From assembly GCF_022045235.1 (NCBI RefSeq), contig NW_027266308.1:44082001-44146000 (forward strand): a stretch of DNA of 64,000 bases, given 5' to 3'. This DNA is from Haliotis cracherodii (Eukaryota). Position numbers and translations under genes: made by a program. Below the pieces are notes generated by a model. That model was not told where the DNA came from. It saw nothing but the letters and a program-made list of their open reading frames with translations, and searched no databases. Positions 25,101-39,049 of this stretch are shown one piece after another. The stretch's first letter is position 1, and every line of letters begins with the position of its first letter.

Positions 25101-28100
25101 AATCTCACCTTATACATATTGTTTGCTGAAATATACCTAACTGTATGTATAACCCTGATTATGCCCTAAGCTCACCTTGCACGCATTGTTTGCTGAAATT
25201 CACTTGATTATATGCATAACTCTGCTTATGACAGAAGCTCACCTTGTACATATTGTTTGATATAACACATTTGACTGCATGTATACCTCTGATTATGCAA
25301 TACAGTGTACATTTTGTTTGCTGAAATACACTTGAATCTTTGTATAACTCTGAGTATGCCATAAGCTCACCTTGGCAATATCGTTTGATAAAATACACTT
25401 GACTGTATGTATAACCCTGGTTATGCCAATAGCTCACCTTGCACATGTTGTTTGCTGAAATACATTTGGCTATATGTATAATTCTGATTATGCTATACAT
25501 CAGTGTACATATTGTTTGCCAAAATACTCTTGAATCTGTGTATAACTCTGACTATGTCATAAGCTCACCTGGTACATATTGTTTCATATAATACATTTGA
25601 CTGCATGTATACCTCTGATTATGCTATACAGTGTAGATATTGTTTGCTTAAATACACTTGAATCTTTGTATAACTCTGAGTATGCCATAAGCTCACTTTG
25701 GCAATATTGTTTGATGAAATACGCTTGACTGAATGGATAACCCTGGTTATGCCAATAGCTCACCTTGCACATATTGTTTGCTGAAGTATACTTGAATCTG
25801 TGTATAACTCCAACTATGTCATAAGCTCAGCTTGCACATATAGTTTGATACACTTGACTGAATCTATAAAACTGATAATGCTATACAATCACCATGCAAA
25901 TATTTTTTTCTGAAATATACTCGACACTATGTATTGCTCTGATTATGCCATAAGCTCACCTTGAACATATTGTTTGCCGAAATACACTTGACTTTACATA
26001 TTACCCTGATTATGCCATAAGTTCACCTTGCACATGTTCTTTGCTGAAAACACCTCAGTGTATGTATAACCCTGATTGTGCCAATAGCTCATCTTGCACA
26101 TATTGTATGTATAACTCTGATTATGCTATATATCAGTGTACATATTGTTTGCCGAAATACTCTTGAATCTGTGTGTAACTCTGGCTATGTCATAAGCTCA
26201 CCTGGTACATATTGTTTGCTGAAATACACTTGACTGTATGTATAACCCTGGTTATGCCAATAGCTCACCTTGCACATATTGTTTGTTGAAATATACTTCA
26301 CTGTATGTATAATCCTGATTATGCCATAAGCCCACCTTGCACATGTTGCCTCTGATTATGCTATACAGTGTACATTTTGTTGGCTGAAATACATTTGAAT
26401 CATTGTATAACTCTGAGTATGCCATAAGCTCACCTTGGCAATATTGTTTGATGAAATACATTTGACTATATGTTTAACCCTGATTATGCCAATAGCTCAC
26501 CTTGCACATATTTCTTTTCTGAAATATACTTGACACTACGTATTACTCTGATTATGCCAGAAGCTCACCTTGCACGTGTTGTTTGCGGAAATACACTTGA
26601 CTATATGTATAACTCTCCTTATTACAAAAGCTCACCTTCTACACATTGTTTGGTAAAATACATTGGAATGCATGTATACCTCTGACTATGCTTTACAATC
26701 AGTGTACATATTTTTGGCTGAAATAAACTTGACTGTATGTACAAACCTGATTATGCCAATAGCTCACATTGCACACATTGTTTGCTGATATACACCCGAC
26801 TGTATGTATACCCCTGATTATGCCAATAGCTCACCTTGCACACATTGTTTGCTGATATACACTTGACTGTATGTATAACCCTGATTATGCCAATAGCTCA
26901 CCTTGCACACATTGTTTGCTCAAATACACTTGATTGTATGTATAACCCTGATTATGACAATAGTTCACCTTGCACACATTGTTTGCTGAAATATATTGAT
27001 CTGTATGAATAACTCTGATTATGACATAAGCTCACATTGCACATATTGTTTGCTGAAATATACTTGACTGTATGTATAACTCTGATTATGCCATAAGCTC
27101 ACCTTGCACGTGTTTTTTGCTGAAATACACTTGACTATATGTATAACCCTCCTTATGACATAAGCTCACCTTGTACACATTGTTTGGTAAAATACATTGG
27201 AATGCATGTATACCTCTGATTATGCTAAATAATCAGTGTACACATTTTTTGGCTGAAATAAACTTGACTGTGTATAACCCTGATTATGCCAATAGCTCAC
27301 ATTGCACATATTGTTTGCTGCAATATACCTGACTGTATGTATAGCCCAGATTATGCCAATACCTCACCTTGCACATATTGTTTGCTGAAATATACTTGAC
27401 TGTATGTTTAACTCTGATTATGCCAATAGCTCACCTTGCACACGTTAGTTGCTGAAATACACTCGACTATATGTATAAGTCTCCTTATGACATAAGCTCA
27501 CCTTGCACATATTGTTTGATGAAATACACTAGACTATATGTATAACCCTCCTTATGACATAAGCTCACCTTGTACACATTGTTTGGTAAAATACATTGGA
27601 ATGCATGCATGCCTCTGATTATGCTATACAACCAGTGTACATAATATTTTGCTGAAATAAACTTGACTGTGTATAACTCTGATTATGCCATAAGCTCACA
27701 TTGCACATATTGTTTGCTGCAACACACCTGACTGTATGTATAACCCTGATTATGCCAATACCTCACCTTGCACATATTGTTTGCTGAAATATACTTGACT
27801 GTATGTATAACCCTGATTATGCTATACAATCCTCATGAACATATTCTTTCCTGAAATGTACCTGACAGTATGTATAATCCTGATTATTCAACAAGCTCAC
27901 CTTGCGCATGTTACTTGCTGAAATACACCTGACTGTATTTATTACTCTGATTATGACATAAGCTCACCTTGTACATATTGTTTGCTAAAATACACTTAAC
28001 TGTATGTATAAGCCTGATTATGCCAATAGCTCACCTTGCACATATTGTTTGCTGAAATATACTTGACTGTATGTATAATCCTGATTATTCAACAAGCTCA

Positions 28101-30615
28101 CCTTGCGCATGTTGCTTGCTGAAATACACCTGACTGTATTTATTACTCTGATTATGCCATAAGCTCACTTTGTACATATTTTTTGCTGAAATACACCTGA
28201 CTGTATGTATAACCCTGATTATGCCATAAGCTCACATTGCACATATTGTTTGCTGAAATACACCCGACTGTATGTATAACCCTGATTATGCCAATAGCTC
28301 ACCTTGCACATATTGTTTGCTGAAATATACTTGACTTTATGTATAACCCTGATTATGCAAATAGCTCACCTTGCACAAATTGTTTGCTCAAATACACTTG
28401 ACTATATGTATAAGTCTCCTTATGACATAAGCTCACCTTGCACATATTGTTTGCTGAGATATATTCAACTATATGAATAACTCTAATTATGACATAAGCT
28501 CACATTGCACATATTGTTTGCTGAAATACATTGGAATGCATGTATACCTCTGATTATGCTAAACAATCAGTGTACACATTTTTTTGCTGAAATAAACTTG
28601 ACTGTGTATAATCCTGATTATGCCATAAGCTCACATTGCACATATTGTTTGCTGCAATATACCTGACTGTATGTATAACCCTGATTATGCCAATAGCTCA
28701 CCTTGCACATATTGTTTGCTGAAATATACCAGACTGTATGTATAACCTTGATTATGGAAATAGCTCACCTTGCACACATTGTTTGCTCAAATACATTTGA
28801 CTATATGTATAAGTCTTCTTGTGACATAAGCTCACCTTGCACATATTGTTTGCTGAAATATATTCAACTGTATGAATAACTCTAATTATGACATAAGCTC
28901 ACATTGCACATATTGTTTGCTGAAATATACTTGACTGTATGTATAACCCTCCTTATGACATAAGCTCACCTTGTACTCATTGTTTGGTAAAATACATTGG
29001 AATGCATATATACCTCTGATTATGTTAAACAATCAGTGTACACATTTTTTTGCTGAAATAAACTTGACTGTGTATAACCCTGATTATGCCATAAGCTCAC
29101 ATTGCACATATTGTTTGCTGCAATATACCTGACTATATGTATAACTCAGATTATGCCAATAGCTCACCTTGCACACATTGTTTGCTGAAATATACTTGAC
29201 TGTATGTATAACTCTGATTATGCCAATAGCTCACCTTGCACACGTTGTTTGCTGAAATACACTTGACTATATGTATAAGTCTCCTTATGACATAAGCTCA
29301 CCTTGCACATATTGTTTGCTGAAATACACTTGACTATATGTATAACCCTCCTTATGACATAAGCTCACCTTGTACACATTGTTTGGTAAAATACATTGGA
29401 ATGCATGTATACCTCTGATTATGCTAAACAATCAGTGTACACATTTTTTTGCTGAAATAAACTTGACTGTGTATAACTCTGATTATGCCATAAGCTCACA
29501 TTGCACATATTGTTTGCTGCAATATACCTGACTGTATGTATAACCCTGATTATGCCAATAGCTCACCTTGCACATATTGTTTGCTGAAATATACCTGACT
29601 GTATGTATAACCCTGATTATGCTATACAATCCTCATGAACATATTCTTTGCTGAAATACACTCGACTATATGTATAAGTCTCCTTATGACATAAGCTCAC
29701 CTTGCACATATTGTTTGATGAAATACACTAGACTATACGTATAACCCTCCTTATGACATAAGCTCACCTTGTACACATTGTTTGGTAAAATACATTGGAA
29801 TGCATGTATACCTTTGATTATGCTATACAATCAGTGTACATAATTTTTTGCTGAAATAAACTTGACTGTGTATAACTCTGATTATGCCATAAGCTCACAT
29901 TGCACATATTGTTTGCTGAAATACACCTGACTGTATGTATAACCCTGATTATGCCAATACCTCACCTTTCACATGTTGTTTGCTGAAATATACTTGACTG
30001 TATGTATAACCCTGATTATGCTATACAATCCTCATGAACATATTCTTTGCTGAAATATACTTGACTGTATGTATAGCCCTGATTATGCCATGAGCTCACA
30101 TTGCACACATTGTTTGCTGCAATACACCTGACTGTATTTATTACTCTGATTATGCCATAAGCTCACCTTGTACATATTGTTTCCTGAAATACACTCAACT
30201 GCATGTATAAGCCTGATTATGCCAATAGCTCACCTTGCACATATTGTTTGCTGAAATATACTTGACTTTATGTATAACCCTGATTATGCCAATAGCTCAC
30301 CTTGCACACATTGTTTGCTGAAATACACTTGACTATATGTATAAGTCTCTTAATGACATAAGCTCACCTTGCACATATTGTTTGCTGAAAGATATTGAAC
30401 TGTATGAATAACTCTGATTATGACATAAGCTCACATTGGACATATTGTTTGCTGAAATATACTTGACTGTATGTATAACCCTGATTATGACATAAGCTCA
30501 CATTGCACATTTGGTTTGCTGAAATACACTTCACTGCATGTATACCTCTGATTATGCTATACAATCACCGTGTACACTTGAATGTGTGTATATACTCACC
30601 TTGCGCATGTTGTTT
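19198..30615. repeat. 67-bp satellite array (about 11.4 kb, about 170 monomers) with higher-order structure
   Basis: Consensus tgtataactctgattatgccataagctcaccttgcacatattgtttgctgaaatacacttgactgta; monomer starts at 27073 and 27140. Confidence 0.97.
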
Positions 30616-32751
30616 AGATTACAGACTGTGTTAATATAATTGTTGTGTCCAGTGACACTTCAGACAATGTAAAAACACTGTTGTTGCCTTGTTAGAGGGA
30701 GTATATATTTTCGATCAGTGGGCAAGGACATTCAAGCTATTCTCTGAAAACAATTTTGGGGTCGCCCCACATATAATTTTTCAGAACATAAAAAGTGAAT
30801 TTAATTTTATTTCTGTGTGAACCCTTAGAGCAAACATTACCGACTTTGTTTACTTTGTGTCAAAGGCAGATGTCCAGGAGTATTGTCAAAATACCTAGTA
30901 AGATTATAAGAACACACGATTCTACATAAAGAGTAATTTAAACTCTTCGTCAGTTTTCTAACAATTTCCATTTACAAGAACGTTACTATTCTCCCTGCGT
31001 CTATATATCCTTAGCAACGTTTACAATTTAAAAAGTAATGACTATTTTGCAATGAAATCTGTTTCGGCAGATAAACAAGGCTGATTTTGCTTTGGCGCTG
31101 TCGTTATAATATTTAAATTCCGAGAGTTTTTTCTTGTTGAAGATGATTATGTATATGAAGAATAATATGCAAGTTGTTGTTTTTTCTTGGGTTTTTTTAA
31201 CGCCACACAGAGCAATATTTCAGCAGCGTCTAAACGATTGCAATCCCCTCACCCAACCCCCTCCACACAATAAACTAATTGACACGCATCGACCAAGATG
31301 CACATCACTGTATATCGGACACGGTTGTCACTACGTCCGTACACCTCAGGTCTGGTCAAGTCAATAATTCCAAAATATACCTGAATAAACGGGGATTATA
31401 GTTACAAGTATGCCCCGATTACTTTTTAACTGTCTCTTGAAATATGCCATTCTTGAGTTATCACTCCATTTTGCATTTAGTTGGTTTAATGTTTTAAGGG
31501 TCATTTGAAATATTTTTGTTGGGGTTTCAGAATGAGCTCACCAAGAAAAAGATATGAATGAACTCGACATCGAGAAGGTCATAGCTCCGTGAATACGGAG
31601 CTGCTCTCCGTAATCCCCCTGAAAATCAATAATGAAATCATTTGAGCAGGGTCGTCTGCGAGATGGCCGCATGAAGCGAACTGGACACGTGTGGTATTGC
31701 ACGTGATGAACGGTTTCGTGGGATTCCGTTAATGTCCGTAACATCTAGACAATCAATGCTGTATTCGAGCGATATGATTTCGCGTTGCCTGTATATTTGA
31801 GTTGTATGTTTGATGCTAATTTCGACGCATGGAGATGTCCTATATTTGTAATAATTTGGGAGTGAGAATATACAACATCAACGCTCGTTATACTATCAAA
31901 GTATTGCCGTTTTGTTTTACCCAGACCAATGTTTCCGTGTGTCGGGGACTATTTCACATTCGCTCGAACACATCAAAATAACTGCCACGTGTTCTCGAAA
32001 CGCCTTTCCTTGGTTGAACGCTGTAACATGTTTGTCTACGAGAACATGTGCAACAGCACACGTGCGTCAGGTACATGGCCTGATACATATGCTGATATTA
32101 CCTTCTATTTGCGTATTAAGACCGATTAGTATTATTCTATTTCTGGTCATGTCAGACGTTTACACCAAGTTATTCCATTGCACGACGCTTCAAAGACAGA
32201 TTGTGATAAGATAAAATAATGATAATAACTTATAAGAAACTATTAGTCTGGGGCATGTTAGGGAACACGTGACGGGTGTTTGTGTTTACATAAATAATGT
32301 GCTTCACTTTCACATACTTTCGTTTGTTCCCCTCGGCTTCAGAATGGGCATTTCCCAGGAATCTGACACGAGGCGTTATTTATGCATGGTAGATTAAGGG
32401 GATGCATAAAACGTGAACGCGCATTCATCTGGGTGGGGAGACGATGCCAAGACCTACTCTGTTGCATGTCTAAGGTAAGAGTTTCCTGTCTAAAGCCTTG
32501 ATGCCGACTCTTAAATATACTTTTCTTTAAGCTTCGCATTTATATGCATCATGCGGGATAAAGGAGATGCCACTTGTAGAATATTAGAACTTTTAATATA
32601 TTGCAGACCTTCCACAATAGGTATTGGGACTCGACAGTATTTAAAAGCAAAGTCTTTTGGGGTCTTTGTCTATGAACGTTTTTCTTACATGCCTGACTTT
32701 GTTTTATAAGTGATTGTGTTCTTCTGCGTTTATGCTGTAGCATTTATGGGT

Positions 32752-33405
32752 GTGCTCACTGGTATAGTTTTGCTTACTTTGAACAAAAACTCTCACTTGC
32801 AAAGCTTTGCTTACTTTGAACAAGTGTTCTCACTGGTATAGTTTTGCTTACTTTGAACAAAAACTCTCACTGGTATAGCTTTGCTTACTTTGAACAAGAG
32901 CTCTCACTGGTATAGTTTTGCTTACTTTGAACAAAAACTCTCACTTGCAAAGCTTTGCTTACTTTGAACAAGAGCTCTCACTGGTATAGTTTTGCTTACT
33001 TTGAACCAAAACTCTCACTTGCATAGCTTTGCTTACTTTGAACAAGAGCTCTCACTGGTATAGTTTTGCTTACTTTGAACCAAAACTCTCACTTGCATAG
33101 CTTTGCTTACTTTGAACAAGAGTTCTCACTGGTAAAGTTTTGCTTACTTTGAACCAAAACTCTCACTTGCATAGTTTTGCTTACTTTGAACAAGAGCTCT
33201 CTCTCTGGTATGGCTTTGCTTACTTTGAACAAGAGCTCTCACTGGTATAGCTTCCATTACTTTGAACGAGAGCTCTCACTGGTATAGCTTTGCTTACTTT
33301 GAACAAGAGCTATCACTGGTTTAGCTTCGCTTACTTTGAACAAGAGTTCTCACTGGTATAGCTTTGCTTACTTTGAACAAGAGCTCTCTCTCTCTCTCTG
33401 GTATG
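32752..33405. repeat. 37-bp minisatellite (about 17 units), partly a 74-bp dimer
   Basis: Consensus ctctcactggtatagctttgcttactttgaacaagag; alternating variant units in the left two-thirds. Confidence 0.96.
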
Positions 33406-34898
33406 ACAAGCTTAGGGGTCATTATTTTCTGTGCATTGGTGCATCATAAAACCTCTAGACCCCCTGACCGCTCCCTAACCTAGCTGCAGCATCATTCAAA
33501 ACAGCAGATCTTTAGCTCACTATTTAATAAGAATTATTTCTCTCTTCGTATTTGTCCTGAACTACGAATCGTCACAGTGTACTCAGTGATTTATCGAACG
33601 ACGCATCCTTCATCGACCTCTTGTTGTAGTCGTCCGTGCTGGTTGCAGTACACGCGGTAGGTAATGTTGATGCTTACGTTAGCTTTGAAAACCCTGGACA
33701 ACCCACTGGAACCCGTGTTGACCAAGGCATAACCCAAGTCAACCTTGGTAGACCAGTATTAGCTCATGTTAACTGATTTACGTTGACCGACGTTGTCAAT
33801 ATATTCTGAACCCTTGGGGTGCGGTACTGTGGATACTCCAAGTGACGTCATCGGTAAAGAATATTTTTTCATTTTGATGGATTCAATCATGAACAAAAAC
33901 ATTTTAATGAATATAATTAACTAGGTAATGATAGTGTATGTGTACTCTGATATGAAATTTAATTTTCGAATGTTGATATAAATACTTTAGAATTAAATAT
34001 TCAACTTTGAGCATGATTTTGCATGTGACTTGATGTCGTGAGCGTTATTTTCAATTGTCTTGTTTTATATGCATTAAACAGAAAAAAAGTACAATGGCAG
34101 GTTTGTCAAGCAATGAAAAACGCGTGTACCTGTCCTAGTTGTGCGTTATAGCAATACACGTGGCTGTTCTGTTTCTCCGTCTCCTAGCAGCCATTTTGTA
34201 TTGTATGTAAGGTTGCATATTATGTTTTTTATTTCGGATACTGCCCTTACTTATCCTTGTTTATCCTTGGTTGCCAGAAATGTGGTAACCTCGATTGACT
34301 CTGGTCACCGAAATTTTAATAATCGAACGCACCGTATGCATGTACATGCAACGCCAAACAATAAACATAACACTTGTCTGCTGCGACCCCTTCGAGAGTA
34401 GCCACGTGGCTCGGGGCACGTGACATCACTATACAGTCCAACGAAGCGTCACACGTCGCTATTGCTGAGCCCACTGCTTGTTAAAAATGGAGGCTGACCT
34501 ATTGCATACCATGTGCCTCTGTTATCGAGTTTAATAGAATTTATTAGTTATTTCGGGACTGATTTTTTATCGACGACATTGCTACAGAACATCCTTTACT
34601 TAAATGCGCATACTAAGTGCTCAGGTAAATCGCAAAGTGTCGGGTCGATATTTACATGTTAGAGGTGTTTGTGTCACCTCGTAACGCTGTAGGACATTGA
34701 CCGAGTCAAAGGCGCCGCCATTGCGCTCACTCACTCACTTACCCAAATCCAAACCGCCCACTCGCCAACTCATTCACTCACTCACTCACTCACTCACTCA
34801 CTCACTCACATATCCGAGTTATTACGAACAAGGCGACATGATCTCGCTTGGATAGTATAACAACAACACACCCTCAACCGCATTCTTCATCCTGTGTA

Positions 34899-35320
34899 AG
34901 GGGCGGCCGGGTAGCCTAGTGGTAAAAGCGTTCGCTCGTCACGCCGCAGTGAGTGAGTGAGTGAGTTGGGTTTAACGCTGCTTTTAACAGTATTCCAGTT
35001 ATATCACGGCGTGTCAGCTTAATGTGGGAGGAAAGCCCGAAGTGATGCAGGTGTCAGACGTTTACCACTTAGGTGAAACCCACGAGCACGGGTATGGAGC
35101 TGATAAACCTAGAAACATAATCGGGGCGAACTGGGATTCGAACCCACAATCATAGGTTTCTGGAGTGTCCAAGGGACGCAACTCTGCACAGCGAATCCTT
35201 AGACGACTGGGTCACGCCGAAGACCCGGGTTCGATTCCCGACATGGTTACAATGTGTGAAGCCCATTTCTGGTGTCCCCTGACGTGATATTGCTCACTCA
35301 CCCACTCACTTATTCACTCA
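34899..35320 (+). mobile_element. SINE family D split by a family V insertion
   Basis: Head 34899-34946; remainder gtcacgccgaagacccggg... from 35211. Confidence 0.88.
34947..35210 (-). mobile_element. SINE family V nested in family D
   Basis: Reverse complement of family V; perfect 9-bp TSD gtcacgccg (34938-34946, 35211-35219). Confidence 0.92.
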
Positions 35321-35795
35321 ACCTTTTATAATGTAAGAGGAAGGTACGGGTGTAGAGAGAGAAAGAGAGAGGGGGGGGGGGGGGGAGAGAGATTCTTTAT
35401 TTCCTCCAGATGTCAGTCCGACATAACAGTTTTACAACATATTAACACAATATGTGAGCACACGTTCAAGGAGTATCACTGGAGCGGTACATTCAGATCG
35501 GTACATTACACAGAGCGGGAATTATGAAGAGTTTCAGCCAAGTCGCTTGTTATGACGAGCATACGTATGTTTTGGGGGTCTACGCTATCCTGGAATCACC
35601 ACAGGGACGAATATGAATACCTTCAGTGATTTTGCAAGAGACAATTGGCATAAGGACATTTTCATGAATTTATCCACGTTTGATAAGTCATTACCAAATT
35701 GGAATACAACATTTAAGATATTTTGGAATCAGTCAGTGTCCTAGAAAATGAGCCGCCATGAAAACTAACCCGAGGGCTTTTCCTTACTCCGTGAT

Positions 35796-35963
35796 TGACT
35801 GAGTGAATGAGAGCGGTTTTAGGCTGCTTTTAGTAATATTCCAGCAATATCATGGCAGGGGACACCAGAAATAGGCTTCACACATTGTACCCACGTTGGG
35901 ATCGAACCCGGGTCTTCGGCGTGACGAGCGAACGCTTTAACCACTAGGCTACCCCACCGCCCC
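35796..35963 (-). mobile_element. SINE family D, full length
   Basis: Full head to tail; TSD ta(c/g)tccgtgat (35785-35795, 35964-35974). Confidence 0.9.
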
Positions 35964-36439
35964 TAGTCCGTGATGCAATATTGCTGACGAAACCTGAAAC
36001 AACCATTGACGACTCGTTTCCATGGCTGACTTTATTTAAACAGTAGGGTCTGCATTGTATAATTCAAACTGCCCACATGACAGTGAACTTGAATCATTGT
36101 ATCGACGTACGGCATAGCAGATCTTAAGGTTTAACCCAGGTCGATAATAATGCCACATTGATACCGGCAATGGATTAACCGGGAATCGAACCCGGGTCTT
36201 CGGCATGACGAGCGAACTCATTAACCACTAGGCTTCCCCGCCGTCCGTGATTGGACGTAACCAGAAATAACCATTGACGTGTAGTCTTCTTGGCTGACTT
36301 TATTTAAACAAGAGGGTCTGCATTGTATAATTCAAACTGCCCACTTAACAGAGAACTTGAATCTTTGAACGGCATCGAGGTCTTAGGGCATAACCCAGAT
36401 CGACAGTAATGCACCATAAATACCGACAATGGATTAACC
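35899..36439. repeat. Diverged ~270-bp tandem duplication including a family D SINE head
   Basis: 35899-36180 vs 36181-36439 share the SINE head and tggctgactttatttaaaca..agggtctgcattgtataattcaaactgcccac...caatggattaacc. Confidence 0.85.
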
Positions 36440-38905
36440 ACTGTAATATCGTGTTATATTCAGTATCAGACATATCGATATGTTGCAGAAGTCTGCGGTG
36501 CTCACACAATGTTCTCAACGGCTGGGTATTGATCGGGGATGAATCCGCATCAAATAACGTTGTACACATACGTGATGATAATTTCATCGTGTGCGTGATA
36601 TAATATTCCTTCCACCGCATTAGATGACGCCAAAAAGTTAATACCGCATGTCACTAAACCTTATCTGCTTTGGATAAGCCAAAGCCTACTGAGATTTAAA
36701 ATAAACATGTCGTATTCATTATAGCCTTACGATATGCTATGTGACTGTACATCGTGTAAGTTTATTTCTGATAATTGTTAGTGGTAGTGTTAATGAAACC
36801 TGTATAAGAATGAGAGCCCTCCTCCTGAACTGCGACGCATCTCACCTGCCCAGTGCTAACAAGATACCTATCCGAAAACATCGACAACCTACAACAACCT
36901 CCTGTTTATTTATTATTTATTTGTAAACAAAACATTTTACAGCGCTAAATTTGCAAGTCACTGCTTAACACAGGATTATTTTTGTGAAATCAGTCACTAA
37001 ACAGAGGAAAAATATAAACTGTACCTCTCAGTTGATTTCACCATATGTTTGATTGTCAATTGAAAATATCTTAAGTTTGCAAAATTATATTAAAAACATG
37101 AACTGTACTTGCTCTTAGTAAGCACTCAAAGAAAACATCTACGTGGTTCTGTTTTTATACACATACTATTGATGGGTATCTTAGACATCTTATCTTTGAA
37201 ACTTAAAAAATGCTTTTTTCGGCACAAATTTACATTTCAAACATGGCAGGGGTCAGGAAGTTGCAAATTCATTTCTTAACCAAGAGTTCATAAAACTAAT
37301 TTCTGTTTACACAAAATTACCCAGTTACATGTTACTATCCCTAAACTATTACAGGAATGAATGATGGTTAAACATACATTAATCACATTCAACAAAGGTT
37401 CTATCAAGTTTCTTTACATTAAAAGGCTAACTCGGTTTACTTTCTTTTGCCCCCCAGAAGATAGACCATTGCGTTTTAAGGCTGAGACATTAGTTCAGAG
37501 TCCAAGTGGACAGAGAAGGGGAGACGAGAAATTAATAGAATCAGAATTTCAAAAGGAAAGACAGGTGAATATTTCAGAGAGAAAAATAGAGATTTCAAAT
37601 TAAGGAATTACATTGGATCTACCTTTTCAAGAAAAGGAAATGTTTTCTTAGACGTTGAGAAGGTTGCAACAAATTAGAAATGGCCACAATAACATTGGGT
37701 ATGCTTGGATGGGTACCGCTGAAGTAGCTTATCCAGCATTATCCGTTGATGTTAGTTCATGATGAAGTTAAAAGGACCATTTTGAAGGCGTAGCAGTTGG
37801 TCTAGGCAGTCAAATAAAAGGGGTGACTGAAACTTAGGTGGAGTTTGCTCGGGAAAGGGACTATTTGCTCAAGGGGTGGTATTTGTCGACGGATGTTGGC
37901 CAAGAATTTGATAAATTGAGGCAGCTGATTTTGTTGAAATATTTCAGGCAGTAAGAGAATAAAATTTGGTTGAACATAAGGTAGATCGGTTACACCAGAC
38001 TGCAATCGTGGCAGGACGATTACTGGATTACTCGCAAGGCTAATATCAGGCAGTGCAGGTACTCTCCCATGAATGGCCAGGGTACTTCCGGTCAGGTCAG
38101 TCGGTAATTCAGGTCAGGAAAGGTCACCTACTTCTGTTCAGACGGGTTAGTTCATTCTCTAGGAAATCAGATACCCAAGTTTCGAATTAGTTTTGGGGTT
38201 TGTCGTCAGGAGTTAGATAGAGGTACTGGGTGGGGGGAGCACTTCCCTATTATTTTGCCACTTAACGAAGGGAAGAAATCCACAATGCGACCCCTTACTA
38301 TTCTGAGGGACAAAGGGGGCATCCTTTGCTTACTGTTACAGGACGTCTTCTACCTGGGATGTTCTACTAGAGGGTATTAGCGGAGTTACGGGTGCTCCTC
38401 TACGTTTTGTTAAATTGCAATCAGATTTAGTAGCATAGGTTTGGATGAAAGATAGTGTCAAGGATACTCTCCCAGTTGCATGCGTTGGCTTGTTTGTTGG
38501 TCATGACTTACCGGGGCTCGATGTCTTGGCTGATCCAGCATTGAGACAAGCACTTCAGAGAACGACGAATCGCTTCAGGAAGATGTGTTTCTTTCATGTG
38601 TTATGACTCGTTCTTTGGCTAACGTGATCTCACGTGACATTTTAGACGAGAATGATGCAACTTATGATTTAATTTGTACTTTCATTCACCAGTCTCTCAA
38701 AGAATACCCTTTCTTCTCATCAAAGTATTTCTGTTTCGGGTTATTTTCAGGGCCTTGACTCTGTACTCTCTTGAGCGCAGTTAATTTCTTCACAGGGTGG
38801 CGATCCTGAAATTCAAGTACCTGTTAGACGAGCACCTTCTTCTAATGAGGCTGCCAAGGTATATGTTTGTTTCCAATCAACATGGTGGTCTTAAGAGGAA
38901 ATGGA

Positions 38906-39049
38906 GTGAGTAAGTTTGGTTTTACGCCGCTTTTAGCAATATTCCAGCAATATTACGCCGGGGGACACATTGTACCCATTTTGGGAATCGAACCCAGGTC
39001 TTCGTCATGAGGAGCCAACTCTTTTACCACTAGGCTACCCCACCGCCCC
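38906..39049 (-). mobile_element. SINE family D (internal deletion)
   Basis: Matches 54801-54974. Confidence 0.85.

Noticed and set aside
19131-26685. Many short ORFs in the 67-bp array; CRISPR-like appearance
   Set aside because: Head-to-tail monomers with no unique spacers, no cas genes and a eukaryotic context.
35978-36025. Minimal hammerhead-like ctgacga-aacct-gaaac
   Set aside because: No stem I pairing, and the motif is not kept in the duplicated copy.
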